NCBI GenBank assembly: GCA_030917925.1
Contig: JAUPTV010000232.1
Span: 7,082-71,081, forward strand
Direction: 5' to 3'
Source: Pseudomonadota bacterium
GTDB lineage: Bacteria; Pseudomonadota; Gammaproteobacteria; Competibacterales; Competibacteraceae
DNA: 64,000 nt
Below, piece by piece: positions 49,714 through 59,764 of the stretch. The translations under genes were made by a program, and so were the position numbers. The notes under the pieces were generated by a model. That model did no database searches, was not told the DNA's origin, and was given only the letters and a program-made list of their open reading frames with translations. How positions within the stretch are numbered: position 1 is the first letter of the stretch; every line of letters starts with the position of its first letter.

Positions 49714-50295
49714 ATGGCTCACCTGCCTGCGGGCAGCGGGGCGTCCGACGCTACGACGGACGCCTTCACTCTGCCTGCCACCCGTTTCTCCAATGCTATT
49801 GATGGCGTTATCCAGCGTATCGGCGAACTGGCCTCCTGGCTGTGGCTGATGCTACTGGCGATCATCATCATCAATGTTGCCCTGCGTTATCTGCTCGGAC
49901 GGGGCTACATCCTGTTCGAGGAGTTGCAGTGGCATCTCTACGGCGCGGCGTGGCTGCTGGCGCTGGCGTTCGTCTTCAAACATGACGCCCATGTGCGCGT
50001 CGACGTCCTGGCCGCACGCCTGCGCCCACGCACCCGCGCCTGGATCGAACTGCTGGGCCTGTTATTCCTGCTGCTGCCGTTTGCGCTCTTTATCGTCATC
50101 GAATCGATTCCCTTCGTCACGACTGCCTATCAGCTCCATGAGATTTCCCCTTCACCTGGTGGTCTCTCGCACCGCTGGATCATCAAGGCGTTCATCCCGC
50201 TGAGTTTCGGCCTGCTGGCGCTGACCGCCTTCGCCCGACTGTTGCGCTGTACTGCCTTGCTGTTCGGCATCCCCACTCCCCTGCGCAACCCTTAA
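49714..50295 (+). CDS. TRAP transporter small permease (DctQ family)
   Basis: The track ORF starts at TTG 49705. The ATG at 49714 has better spacing from GGAG (49701-49704). It has four hydrophobic helices. Confidence 0.75.
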   Translation: MAHLPAGSGASDATTDAFTLPATRFSNAIDGVIQRIGELASWLWLMLLAIIIINVALRYLLGRGYILFEELQWHLYGAAWLLALAFVFKHDAHVRVDVLAARLRPRTRAWIELLGLLFLLLPFALFIVIESIPFVTTAYQLHEISPSPGGLSHRWIIKAFIPLSFGLLALTAFARLLRCTALLFGIPTPLRNP

Positions 50296-50316
50296 CCCGG
50301 AACGAGGCTGATCCCA

Positions 50317-51678
50317 ATGGAAGCGTTTGAAATTCTGGTGATTCTTTACCTCGTTCTCTTTATTATTCTGCTGTTTACCGGCTATCCGATTGCCTGGATT
50401 CTGGGGGGATTGTCGCTGTTATTCACGGCGACCGGCATCTTCCTCAGCGCCCAATACGATGTTGATACCTTCCTGCTCGATAGTTGGGCCGATTACGCCA
50501 TCATCGTGGACCGTATCTGGGCGCAAGCGCAGAACTGGCTGCTAGTGGCCTTGCCGATGTTTATTTTCATGGGCTTGATGCTGGACCGCTCCGGGGTGGC
50601 CGAAAAGATGATGACCAACTTCGTCGTGCTGTTCGGCCGCCTGCGCGGGGGGTTGGCGCTGACCGTGGTGATTATCGGTGTCCTGCTGGCGGCATCGACC
50701 GGCATTGTCGGCGCGTCAGTGGTGCTGCTGGCCATGCTGTCCATCCCGTTGATGATGCAAAGCGGGTATTCCCGGCCCCTGGCAACCGGCGTGGTCGCCG
50801 CCTCGGGGACGCTGGGGATTCTGATTCCGCCCAGCATCATGCTGGTGGTCATGGCCGACCAACTCTCAATCTCCACCGGCGACCTGTTCATGGGGGCGAT
50901 GATTCCCGGATTATTGCTGGGTCTGGTCTACGCCGTGTATGTGCTGGTCTTCGCTTTCTTCAACCCAACGCAAGCACCCGCGCCCCCTAACCCGTTGCCG
51001 CTGACGCCCCGCTTGATTTTCGACACGGTGCTGGCGGTGCTACCGGCTTTCGGGCTGATTCTGGCGGTGCTGGGCACCATTTTTATGGGCATCGCTACGC
51101 CGACGGAAGCCGCTGGGGTGGGCGCGTTCGGCGCGATGCTGCTGGCTGCCATCAATCGGCGGCTCAACCTGCAAATTTTGCGCGAGGTCTGTATCCAGAC
51201 TTCGCAAACGACCGGCTTCATCCTGGCAATCTTCGTCGGCGCGACCGCTTTCTCGGTGGTCATGCGCTCGCTGGGAGGCGATGAGCTGGTGGCAGAGTCG
51301 CTTAAATCCCTGCCGTTTGGTCCCAGTGGCGTGGTGCTGTTCATCCTGTTTATCGCCTTTCTGGCCGGCTTCTTCCTGGACTGGCTGGAAATCAGCCTGA
51401 TCATCCTGCCGCTGGTCGCGCCGGTGGTAAAGGCGCTCGGCTTTGATCTGGTCTGGTTTACCGTACTGGTGGCGGTGTGTTTGCAAACGTCCTTCCTGAC
51501 GCCGCCGGTCGGCTTTTCGCTGTTCTACCTCAAGGGCGTAGTGCCGCCGGAGATCAGCATGGGCCATATCTATCGCGGCATCATTCCGTTTGTATTGCTG
51601 CAATTGGGAGTCTTGCTGGCCTGTTTTTTCTGGCCCGTGCTGATTACCTGGTTGCCCGGTGCGGTTTACGGTCAATAA
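50317..51678 (+). CDS. TRAP transporter large permease (DctM family)
   Basis: 453 aa, polytopic. Gene order P-Q-M. Confidence 0.85.
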   Translation: MEAFEILVILYLVLFIILLFTGYPIAWILGGLSLLFTATGIFLSAQYDVDTFLLDSWADYAIIVDRIWAQAQNWLLVALPMFIFMGLMLDRSGVAEKMMTNFVVLFGRLRGGLALTVVIIGVLLAASTGIVGASVVLLAMLSIPLMMQSGYSRPLATGVVAASGTLGILIPPSIMLVVMADQLSISTGDLFMGAMIPGLLLGLVYAVYVLVFAFFNPTQAPAPPNPLPLTPRLIFDTVLAVLPAFGLILAVLGTIFMGIATPTEAAGVGAFGAMLLAAINRRLNLQILREVCIQTSQTTGFILAIFVGATAFSVVMRSLGGDELVAESLKSLPFGPSGVVLFILFIAFLAGFFLDWLEISLIILPLVAPVVKALGFDLVWFTVLVAVCLQTSFLTPPVGFSLFYLKGVVPPEISMGHIYRGIIPFVLLQLGVLLACFFWPVLITWLPGAVYGQ

Positions 51679-51708
51679 TCCACTTGTTCCAGTTGTTGGG
51701 AGTGAATC

Positions 51709-52533
51709 ATGGCTTTGCGCGATATTCTGGTTTTTCTCGATGAGTTCGAGCACACCGCCGACCGTCTCAAGGTCGCTGCGGATTTAGCCGCCGTCCACGG
51801 TGCGACGTTGATCGGGTTGCGGGTTGAAGTGCAACCCCGGATTCCCCGAATGCTGCGCGGGGCGATTGAGGAACGGGCGATAGCGGCGCATCAGACCGCG
51901 CTGCGGGCAATGACCGACCGCCTGGAAGCACTGTTCCTGCAGGAGGCCGCAGCGCGTGGATTGCGCCATGAATGGCAACTGATTGCCGACGGGTCGATGG
52001 ACGACGTCGTGGAATGCGCCCGCTACGCCAGCCTAGTGGTCGTGAACCAGCATGATCGGCAGGATGATGAGGAGTTTTCCGCCGACGACTTGATCCACGA
52101 CCTGTTGATGGGTGGCGGCCGCCCCGTGTTAATCGTGCCTAACTGGCCGGTCCAGGGTCCAGTAGGACGGCGGGCGGTGATCGCCTGGAACAACAGCCGC
52201 GAAGCCAGTCGGGCGCTGGCGGACGCCCTGCCCTTGCTAGCCGGGGCGGAAAAAGTGACGATCATGGTCGCGCCGGATGATCGGGCGGAAGTCATTGGTG
52301 AGCGGCTGGTTGCGTATCTCGCCTGTCACGGGGTGGCCGCGACGCCGAAAATCATGGAAGACCACCCGGACAAATCGCCGGGCGTAGCCATTTTGCAGGA
52401 ATGCAACGCGATTGACGCCAATCTGCTGGTGATGGGTGGCTACGGTCGTTCGCGGTTCCGCCAAAAGGTGCTCGGCGGAATGACCGAGTTCATGCTGGGG
52501 GTCGCCCGCCTGCCGGTGTTGATGGCGCATTGA
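51709..52533 (+). CDS. tandem universal stress protein (UspA-family)
   Basis: 274 aa in two Usp-like halves. The C-terminal motif is LVMGGYGRSRFRQKVLGGMT. Confidence 0.75.
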   Translation: MALRDILVFLDEFEHTADRLKVAADLAAVHGATLIGLRVEVQPRIPRMLRGAIEERAIAAHQTALRAMTDRLEALFLQEAAARGLRHEWQLIADGSMDDVVECARYASLVVVNQHDRQDDEEFSADDLIHDLLMGGGRPVLIVPNWPVQGPVGRRAVIAWNNSREASRALADALPLLAGAEKVTIMVAPDDRAEVIGERLVAYLACHGVAATPKIMEDHPDKSPGVAILQECNAIDANLLVMGGYGRSRFRQKVLGGMTEFMLGVARLPVLMAH

Positions 52534-52578
52534 TCAATGATCGCTATCAAACGCGCCAGGACTGTGGAAATGGTGTCC

Positions 52579-53355
52579 CTATCTCGCCAGTGAACTCAGT
52601 AGAAACAGGGTCGCCGCGGCCACCACCACCGATGGTCCCGCCGGCGTATCCCAGCGCAATGACGCCCACAGTCCCGCGCCGACCGCCACACAACCCAACC
52701 CACTGGCCAGCAGCGCCATACTTTCCGGCGAACGGACGAAACGGCGGGCCGTCGCGGCGGGAATCACCAATAACGACGTAATCAGCAGAATGCCGATCAC
52801 CTTCATTGCTACCGCAATGACAATGGCGATGAGCAGCATGAAGGCCAGGCGCACCGCGAACACCGGCACGCCTTCCACTTGCGCCAGCTCCTCATGGACT
52901 GTGGTGGCCAGCAGGGGTCGCCACAGCCAGGCCAACGCGGATAGGGCTAACAACGCGCCTCCCCAGATCGAATAGAGATCATCGGGGCTGATCGCCAGAA
53001 TATCGCCGAATAAATAGCCAGTCAGATCAATCCGCACGGTTTCCAGAAACGCCAGTGTCACCAGACCCAGGGACAAACTGGTATGGGCGAGGATGCCCAG
53101 CAAAGTATCCGTCGCCAACACCCGCTGCCGTTGCAGCAACACCAGCACAATGGCGATCATCAGGCAGGTCGCGGCGACGCCCAGTTGCGGATGAATCTGC
53201 AACATCATCCCCAGCGCCACGCCCAGCAGTCCCGAATGCGCCAGGGTATCGCCGAAATAGGCCATGCGCCGCCAGACGATGAACGCGCCCAGCGGTCCCG
53301 CAGCCAGCGCGACGCCAAAGCCCCCCAGCAGGGCGCGAATGAGAAAGTCATCCAT
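52579..53355 (-). CDS. znuB: zinc ABC transporter permease
   Basis: The ATG at 53355 ([23 protein letters not shown]) is a typical ZnuB N-terminus. The longer track ORF overlaps znuC. Confidence 0.88.
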   Translation of the reverse strand: MDDFLIRALLGGFGVALAAGPLGAFIVWRRMAYFGDTLAHSGLLGVALGMMLQIHPQLGVAATCLMIAIVLVLLQRQRVLATDTLLGILAHTSLSLGLVTLAFLETVRIDLTGYLFGDILAISPDDLYSIWGGALLALSALAWLWRPLLATTVHEELAQVEGVPVFAVRLAFMLLIAIVIAVAMKVIGILLITSLLVIPAATARRFVRSPESMALLASGLGCVAVGAGLWASLRWDTPAGPSVVVAAATLFLLSSLAR

Positions 53356-54202
53356 GGGTTTCTTCCTCCTCAACGGCGACGACGGTGCCATGCATGTCAT
53401 GGCGGTGGTTATGATGATGATGATAAACCGCCAGTTGCCGGGCACCATCGCTGCCAAACAGTTCCAGATACGCTGGATCACGGGCAACATGGTCAGGATG
53501 GCCGGAGCAGCAGACATGCCGGTTCAGACACAACACATGATCGGTCGCGGCCATCACCAGATGCAGTTCATGCGAAACCATCAGAATGCCGCAACCGCGC
53601 TGGCGACGCAGGTTGCTGATTAACTCGTACAGCTCATATTGGCCGGTTAAATCCACGCCCTGAATCGGTTCATCCAGCACCAGTAAATCCGGTTCGCGCA
53701 GCAGCGCCCGCGCCAGCAACATCCGTTGACTTTCCCCGCCGGAAATGGCTTGCACTGGCGAATCAATAACGTGCGCCGCGCCCACTTCCGCCAGAACCGC
53801 CTGCACCCGTTCGCGGGAAGCGGGAGCGCCCAGGGTGACGAACCGCTGCACGGTCAAGGGCAGCGTGTCATCGATCACCAGTCGCTGCGGCATATAGCCC
53901 ACCCGTAATCCCGGCTTCAGCGAAACCCGCCCCTGGTTGGGTCGCAGCAGGCCCAGGACGATGCGCACCAAGGTTGATTTACCCGCGCCGTTCGGGCCGA
54001 TCAGGGCGACAATTTCACCAGCGCTCACCTGGAGATTCACGGCTTGCAGAATTGCATTGTTGCGAATGGCGAAATGGACGTTTTCAACGGTCAGGAGCGG
54101 TTCATTCGGCAAGGTAGCGGGGAGCGGGGCCGGGGGGGGCTTGACGGTCACGATAGAATAATCCTGCAATGATCGAGTAAGTTCTGAATACTGATTAAGC
54201 AT
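53348..54202 (-). CDS. znuC: zinc ABC transporter ATP-binding protein
   Basis: It has [25 protein letters not shown] and LLVLDEP motifs and a His-rich tail [11 protein letters not shown]. The start is uncertain: ATG 54202, GTG 54151 or TTG 54112. Confidence 0.85.
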   Translation of the reverse strand: MLNQYSELTRSLQDYSIVTVKPPPAPLPATLPNEPLLTVENVHFAIRNNAILQAVNLQVSAGEIVALIGPNGAGKSTLVRIVLGLLRPNQGRVSLKPGLRVGYMPQRLVIDDTLPLTVQRFVTLGAPASRERVQAVLAEVGAAHVIDSPVQAISGGESQRMLLARALLREPDLLVLDEPIQGVDLTGQYELYELISNLRRQRGCGILMVSHELHLVMAATDHVLCLNRHVCCSGHPDHVARDPAYLELFGSDGARQLAVYHHHHNHRHDMHGTVVAVEEEETHG

Positions 54203-54224
54203 GAACACTGAGGGGAATTTCAAG

Positions 54225-55214
54225 ATGAGGATTCGCGAGTGGTTGATCATCGGGGCAGGATGGCTGGCACCCTGGAGTCTGCTGGCTGCACAGCTTAACG
54301 TCGTCGCCAGCATTCAGCCGGTACATTCACTGGCGGCGGGGGTCATGCAGGGCGTAGGCGAACCGCGCCTGTTGGTGATCGGCGGCGCTTCACCCCACCA
54401 CTACAGCCTGCGGCCTTCCGATGCCCGGGCGATTGCCGAAGCGGATGTCGTGTTCTGGATCGGGCCGGATTTGGAGAATTTCCTGGTCAAACCGCTCACG
54501 AATGCAAAATCCAAAGTGCGCTCTATCGCCTTAATGGAGGCATCGGGGGTGACCGTTCTGCCCTTGCGGACGGGCGGTGCCTGGAACGCCCATCGCCATG
54601 ACCATGCAGAACCGGCGGGAAAGCCGGATCATGATCATGCTTCTGATCATGCGGAATCAGCGGAAAAACCGGATCATACGCCTGATCATCAGGCCAGTCA
54701 TGACGCTCATCTCTGGCTGGATCCGGTCAACGCCATGGCGATCACCCGTCAGATCATGGCGACGCTGGGCGAACTCGATCCCGGACATAAAGCCGATTAT
54801 GAACGGAACGGAACCGCGTTGATCGAGCGACTGAACCAGTTAAATCAGCAACTCACGCTGAAACTGGCACCGGTCAAGGATCAGCCCTATGTGGTGTTTC
54901 ACGATGCCTATCAGTATTTTGAGCGCCGCTATGACTTGAAGGCTGTGGGTTCGGTCGTCCTTGACCCGGAACAGCGGCCAGGGGCGAAGCGGGTTGCCGA
55001 AATTCAGAAGCGCATCCGGGAACTTGGCGTGCGCTGCGTATTCAGCGAGCCGCAATTCCAGCCGGCTCTGGTGAAAACGGTGGTCGCCGGCAGCCAGGCC
55101 CGTTCTGGAATACTCGATCCCCTGGGTGCGGAGATTCCACCCGGTCCCGACGCCTACTTTCAATTACTGGGCGGACTGGCGGAGGCTTTACGGGATGGTT
55201 TGCGCAGCGAGTGA
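54225..55214 (+). CDS. znuA: zinc ABC transporter periplasmic binding protein
   Basis: The ATG at 54225 follows GAGGGG. It has a signal peptide and a His/Asp-rich loop [40 protein letters not shown]. It is divergent from znuCB. Confidence 0.9.
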   Translation: MRIREWLIIGAGWLAPWSLLAAQLNVVASIQPVHSLAAGVMQGVGEPRLLVIGGASPHHYSLRPSDARAIAEADVVFWIGPDLENFLVKPLTNAKSKVRSIALMEASGVTVLPLRTGGAWNAHRHDHAEPAGKPDHDHASDHAESAEKPDHTPDHQASHDAHLWLDPVNAMAITRQIMATLGELDPGHKADYERNGTALIERLNQLNQQLTLKLAPVKDQPYVVFHDAYQYFERRYDLKAVGSVVLDPEQRPGAKRVAEIQKRIRELGVRCVFSEPQFQPALVKTVVAGSQARSGILDPLGAEIPPGPDAYFQLLGGLAEALRDGLRSE

Positions 55215-55360
55215 CCGACGCATGGGCGACAATCGCTTCCGGGATGGTTTATGCTATTAAACTTGTCCGTTAGCTGACCAACTCTCGATAATGTAGCCAA
55301 CGGATGGCGTACCGGGATCACAAAACCAATGGGGCATGACCAACAAAGGCGGATGAACTG

Positions 55361-55780
55361 ATGAAAGAGACGTTTGCGGGCTTTGCGCCCTATCGTGCGG
55401 AAGCGGAAGAGGAGTATATGAATGACCGGCAGAAGGCCCATTTCCGCGCCATCCTGCTGGCCTGGAAACAGGAACTGATGGAAGAAGGCCGGCGCACCGT
55501 CAACAGTATGCAGGATGAAGTCCTCAATCTCCCCGATCCTAATGATCGCGCCAGTCAGGAGGAAGAGTTCTCGATCAGCCTGCGGGCGCGGGACCGGGAG
55601 CGTAAGTTGTTACACAAAATCGACAAATCGCTGGGTCGCCTGGCCAGTGATGATTATGGTTATTGTGAGGCTTGCGGCGTGGAAATTGGCCTGCGGCGGC
55701 TGGAAGCGCGGCCTACTGCGGAATTGTGCATCGACTGCAAGCATCTGGAAGAATTGAAGGAAAAAAGTCAGGCGACATGA
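55361..55780 (+). CDS. dksA: RNA polymerase-binding transcription factor DksA
   Basis: 139 aa with a coiled-coil containing the DxxDxA-type tip (PDPNDRASQEEE). The C4 zinc finger is CEACGVEIGLRRLEARPTAELCIDCK. Confidence 0.92.
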   Translation: MKETFAGFAPYRAEAEEEYMNDRQKAHFRAILLAWKQELMEEGRRTVNSMQDEVLNLPDPNDRASQEEEFSISLRARDRERKLLHKIDKSLGRLASDDYGYCEACGVEIGLRRLEARPTAELCIDCKHLEELKEKSQAT

Positions 55781-55830
55781 GCCATCCCCTAGGGGTCGGG
55801 CTGATGATCTTCAGAAAGGGCGCAAGAACT

Positions 55831-55851
55831 CCCTCTCCCGGTGGGAGAGGG
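55831..55851. terminator. GC-rich 9-bp hairpin (REP-like) between convergent genes
   Basis: The sequence is CCCTCTCCC-GGT-GGGAGAGGG with no flanking T-tract. It resembles common extragenic palindromes. Confidence 0.35.
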
Positions 55852-55888
55852 TCAAGGTTAGTCCTCTGGCGGAGGAGGCGAGCGGATG

Positions 55889-56383
55889 TCAGGTAATGTC
55901 GTTATCGACGCTATCGTAGGATTCGATAGCCCTGGCAGACTTGCGGGTTGGCAGGTTCAAGTCATTGGCGACACCGGTCGGACTGACCTGATTGCTTGAA
56001 TGCAGCATACAAATTAATTCCGCCTCGCCGCGCGCCAGCCCACAGAGATCGACAATTTCATCGACGCTGGCGCCTTGCAGAGCCAGTTTGGTGGCGACCT
56101 TAAAGGATTTCTGTTCGGCTTCGCGGTTGAGCGGTAGAGGTTGATGTCCCGCCTGGTCACGGAGTTGCCCAATCTGAATTTCCAGTTTGACCAACCGTTC
56201 GCCAAGTGCCGCCAGCGATAGCGAGACACCCTTGAGTTCCTGAGACAGACTCGGCGACTCACGCTCCGAATCATGCTCCGAAGCCGATGTTCCTTGCCGG
56301 GCGGCCATAAAACCCAACATGATCAATAGCGCATTGCTGAACAACAGGGCGATGATCGCAATTCCATTAAACAGGATATCCAT
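55889..56383 (-). CDS. DUF2802-like protein of flagellar/chemotaxis clusters
   Basis: 164 aa with an N-terminal TM helix. The C-terminal LQGASVDEIVDLCGLARGEAELICMLH matches the DUF2802 pattern (recall). Confidence 0.6.
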   Translation of the reverse strand: MDILFNGIAIIALLFSNALLIMLGFMAARQGTSASEHDSERESPSLSQELKGVSLSLAALGERLVKLEIQIGQLRDQAGHQPLPLNREAEQKSFKVATKLALQGASVDEIVDLCGLARGEAELICMLHSSNQVSPTGVANDLNLPTRKSARAIESYDSVDNDIT

Positions 56384-56410
56384 CGGCTAACCCCGGCTTC
56401 TTTAGATTGA

Positions 56411-57391
56411 TCAAGGTGTCGATTTCTTGGCGATGGCGGTTCCAGTCGCCGATGATGTGTTCGCCAACCGGGAGGAACCGGGCGCAGGGCCGCTACTCGC
56501 CGACGGTATCAGGTTGACCTCACTGGAATTGACGGGATAGCGGCTTTCGGTATTACCCAGGATGACGATCACTACGCGCCGGTTTTGCACCCGGCCCTGC
56601 TCACTGCTGTTGTCGGCAATCGGCTGGAACTCGCCATAGCCCACGGCGGACATGCGCTCGGGACGCACACCATTCTTCATTAACAGATTGACGACATTCG
56701 CCGACCGCGCTGCCGAAAGCTCCCAGTTGGAAGGATAAACCGGCGTATTGATCGGCCGATTATCGGTAAAACCTTCTACCTGAATCCGGTTCGGTACTTC
56801 CCGCAAAACTCCGGCAATCTCGGCTAAGGGTTCCTCGGCTTCTTTATTAACGATAGCACTGCCACTGTCAAACAGGAGATTATTCTTAATTTCAACTTCC
56901 ACCCATAGGGTATTGCTGCGCAAATTCACCTGGTCAGCCTTGATCAGTTCGGACAAATAAGCTTGCAGTTTAGCCACAATCTTGGCCAGATTTGGATCAA
57001 CGCTGGATTCCGGCGTTGCCCCCGTTTTTGTCGTCGGATTATCGCCCCGGGCCATGGTCACAATCGACCGGGGGGCGCGCTGAATAGCTAGCGAGGGCAT
57101 AGGACGCAGGTCGGCGACTGCGACGCGCGGCGTAGAGCTGGGCTGGCCGGTGGATTGACTGGCGGCTATGCCAACGATTTCAGCGAGCATCATGGGCTTG
57201 GCGCTGTGCGGATCGCTGGAGCGAAATGCGGACGCCATCGATTCAGACAGTACCCGGAATTTACCTTCGTTAACCGAGGACATGGCGTACATGACCACAA
57301 AAAACGCAAACAGCAGCGTGATGAAATCCGCGTAGGAGACTAGCCAGCGTTCGTGATTTTCGTGACTTTCAGCGTGTTTCTTGCGACTCAT
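56411..57391 (-). CDS. motD: flagellar stator protein MotD (MotB/OmpA family)
   Basis: ERWLVSYADFITLLFAFFVVMYAMSS is the plug/TM with the conserved Asp. The C-terminus is OmpA-like (GFTDNRPI...NRRVVIVI). Confidence 0.85.
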   Translation of the reverse strand: MSRKKHAESHENHERWLVSYADFITLLFAFFVVMYAMSSVNEGKFRVLSESMASAFRSSDPHSAKPMMLAEIVGIAASQSTGQPSSTPRVAVADLRPMPSLAIQRAPRSIVTMARGDNPTTKTGATPESSVDPNLAKIVAKLQAYLSELIKADQVNLRSNTLWVEVEIKNNLLFDSGSAIVNKEAEEPLAEIAGVLREVPNRIQVEGFTDNRPINTPVYPSNWELSAARSANVVNLLMKNGVRPERMSAVGYGEFQPIADNSSEQGRVQNRRVVIVILGNTESRYPVNSSEVNLIPSASSGPAPGSSRLANTSSATGTAIAKKSTP

Positions 57392-57400
57392 GGCGGCATC

Positions 57401-58144
57401 TCAGTTGGCCAGAAAGCCCTGCAGACGGGATTCAATATTGCGGGGATTCTCGCCATGCGCAATGGCAATGATGCCCTCAATGAACAACTCACCCAAGCGG
57501 GTCTGTTTCTTCACGGAGCTTTTGATCTTGTTGCCCATCGGCAGAGCGAAGACATTGGCCAGAACCAGGCCATAGATGGTCGCGACAAACGCCGCTGCGA
57601 TGCCGCCGCCCAGTTTGCTGGGATCGGCCAGGTTGCCCATGACGTGAATCAGCCCCAGCACCGCGCCGATAATCCCAATGGTTGGCGCATAACCGCCCAG
57701 GCCTTCAAAGAACGTAATCGCTTGCAGATTATTTTCTTCACGCATACCCAAATCCATTTCCAGAATATGGCGAATCTCTTCAGGCTCCTTGCCATCGACC
57801 AACAGTTGCAAGGCTTTCTGCGCAAAGGGATCAGGCTCCTGCTGGATATAGTCTTCCAAACGCAGCAGACCTTCCTTACGGGCGATATTGCTCCATTCAA
57901 CGATTTTTTCGATGGCGGGCTGCATGGCAATGGTCGGGGGCATAAACGCCCACTTGAACAAGCCCAGTGCCCGCTTAAAGACATCCATGGGCATCTGAAT
58001 CAAAACCGCGCCAAGGGTGCCGCCAAACACGATGAAAAACGCCGGCGCATTCATCAGTGAGCTAAGATGACCACCTTCCAGCAACATGCCGCCGATCATG
58101 CCACCAAAGCCGACGACCAAACCTGCCAATGTTAAGATATCCAT
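57401..58144 (-). CDS. motC: flagellar stator protein MotC (MotA/PomA family)
   Basis: 247 aa, 4-TM MotA-type, directly upstream of motD. Confidence 0.85.
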   Translation of the reverse strand: MDILTLAGLVVGFGGMIGGMLLEGGHLSSLMNAPAFFIVFGGTLGAVLIQMPMDVFKRALGLFKWAFMPPTIAMQPAIEKIVEWSNIARKEGLLRLEDYIQQEPDPFAQKALQLLVDGKEPEEIRHILEMDLGMREENNLQAITFFEGLGGYAPTIGIIGAVLGLIHVMGNLADPSKLGGGIAAAFVATIYGLVLANVFALPMGNKIKSSVKKQTRLGELFIEGIIAIAHGENPRNIESRLQGFLAN

Positions 58145-58169
58145 GTTCCACTCCAGAGAGATGGGTGAG

Positions 58170-58895
58170 TCAACCCGTTTGACTGGCGACTCGCGCCCGC
58201 AACCGGGCCAGGGCCTGACTGTGTAATTGGCTGACTCGTGATTCGCTCACGCCCAGCACTGCGCCGATTTCTTTCAGGTGTAATTCTTCATCGTAATAGA
58301 GGGAAAGCACCAGTCGTTCCCGCTCTGGCAACAAGTCAATCGCTCCAGCCAGCATTTTACCCAAATGTTCCCGGTTGACCGCTTCTGATGGATCGCTGTC
58401 GGGGGCGGGAACCTGTTGAGTTTCGCTTTCCTCATCCGGCCCGGCTTCATCGAGGGACAGCAGCTTCTGGCCACGCAGGTCATCCAGGGTGCTGTGATAC
58501 TCCGCCAGGGACACGCCCATTTGCTCGGCAATTTCCCGATCTCGCGCCTCACGCCCGGTCGCAGCCTCGACCGCATGGATAGCTGCCGAAACCTCACGAG
58601 CCTTGCGATGCACCGAGCGGGGCGTCCAGTCGCCCTTGCGAATTTCATCCAGCATCGCGCCGCGAATGCGCGTTTCAGCAAAGGTGTTGAAATTCGCGCC
58701 CTGCGCCGGATCATAACGGCGCGCGGCTTCCAACAGCCCTAACATGCCAGCCTGGATCAAGTCATCGACCTGAACCGATGCGGGCAAGCGAGCGAGCAGG
58801 TGATAGGCAATACGTTTAACCTGGGGCGCGCCCCGGGTGATGAGATCATCCGCCGTGTCGCCGCCGAGGCTGGCGTACAGGGCGACGCCTCTCAT
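58170..58895 (-). CDS. fliA: flagellar sigma factor FliA (sigma-28)
   Basis: 241 aa with sigma-70 regions 2-4. The HTH is LHLKEIGAVLGVSESRVSQLHSQAL. ATGA overlap with fleN. Confidence 0.9.
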   Translation of the reverse strand: MRGVALYASLGGDTADDLITRGAPQVKRIAYHLLARLPASVQVDDLIQAGMLGLLEAARRYDPAQGANFNTFAETRIRGAMLDEIRKGDWTPRSVHRKAREVSAAIHAVEAATGREARDREIAEQMGVSLAEYHSTLDDLRGQKLLSLDEAGPDEESETQQVPAPDSDPSEAVNREHLGKMLAGAIDLLPERERLVLSLYYDEELHLKEIGAVLGVSESRVSQLHSQALARLRARVASQTG

Positions 58896-59764
58896 TCGAC
58901 TCGTTCCTCAAACACATAGTCCGGGTTGATCAGTCGTTCGATAAAGAATTGCAAATAGCCACTGGCGGTGCGCGGCATCGGCCAACGGCCAATTACCTGC
59001 GCCGCCAGCCGGTGGAAGGCTTCCGCTGAGCGACTGCCCGGGAAGGCCTCAACCACGGCGCGTTGCGCCTGCACTGCCTTGCGCAATTGCGGGTCTTCGG
59101 GAATGGAGCCAAAAAAGTTCAACGTGACGTCCAGAAACCGGTCGGAAACCTTGACCAATTTGTTAAACAGATCCCGTCCTTCCTGTGCGGTTACTACTCG
59201 ATTCGCCAGGATGTGGAAGCGATCCACCTCATAATCCTGACTGAGCAGTTTGATCATAGCGTAGGCGTCGGTAATTGAAGCCGGTTCATCACACACCACG
59301 ACGACGACTTCGTGGGCGGCGCGACTGAAGGTGACGACGCTATCGGCAATGCCGGCAGCGGAATCGATGAGCATGACATCCAGCGAGTCGTTTAGATCGC
59401 TGAAGGCGCCGACCAGGCCGGCGTTTTCCTCGGGCGTGAGTTCCGCCATGCGTTTGACGCCGGAACTGGCCGGGATAATCCGAATACCATTCGGCCCGGT
59501 CATGATAATTTCTTCCAGCGTCCGTTCCTGACTGATGACATGCGACAGATTGTAGAGAGGATGCAATCCCAGCAGCACATCGACATTAGCCAGTCCCAGA
59601 TCGGCATCCAGTAACATCACGTTTTGATTTTGCAGACTCAGCGCCAGCGCCAGGTTGACGGTGACATTGGTTTTACCCACGCCGCCCTTGCCACTGGTGA
59701 TGCAGATCACCCGGACTGGCCGGTGATGGGTCGGGGCGGTCGATGGATTCCAGTCAGCAGGCAT
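58892..59764 (-). CDS. fleN: MinD/ParA-type flagellar number regulator FleN/FlhG
   Basis: The deviant Walker A is ITSGKGGVGKTNVTVNLA. The ATG at 59764 is preferred because the track ORF start at 59827 overlaps flhF by 74 nt. Confidence 0.85.
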   Translation of the reverse strand: MPADWNPSTAPTHHRPVRVICITSGKGGVGKTNVTVNLALALSLQNQNVMLLDADLGLANVDVLLGLHPLYNLSHVISQERTLEEIIMTGPNGIRIIPASSGVKRMAELTPEENAGLVGAFSDLNDSLDVMLIDSAAGIADSVVTFSRAAHEVVVVVCDEPASITDAYAMIKLLSQDYEVDRFHILANRVVTAQEGRDLFNKLVKVSDRFLDVTLNFFGSIPEDPQLRKAVQAQRAVVEAFPGSRSAEAFHRLAAQVIGRWPMPRTASGYLQFFIERLINPDYVFEERVE

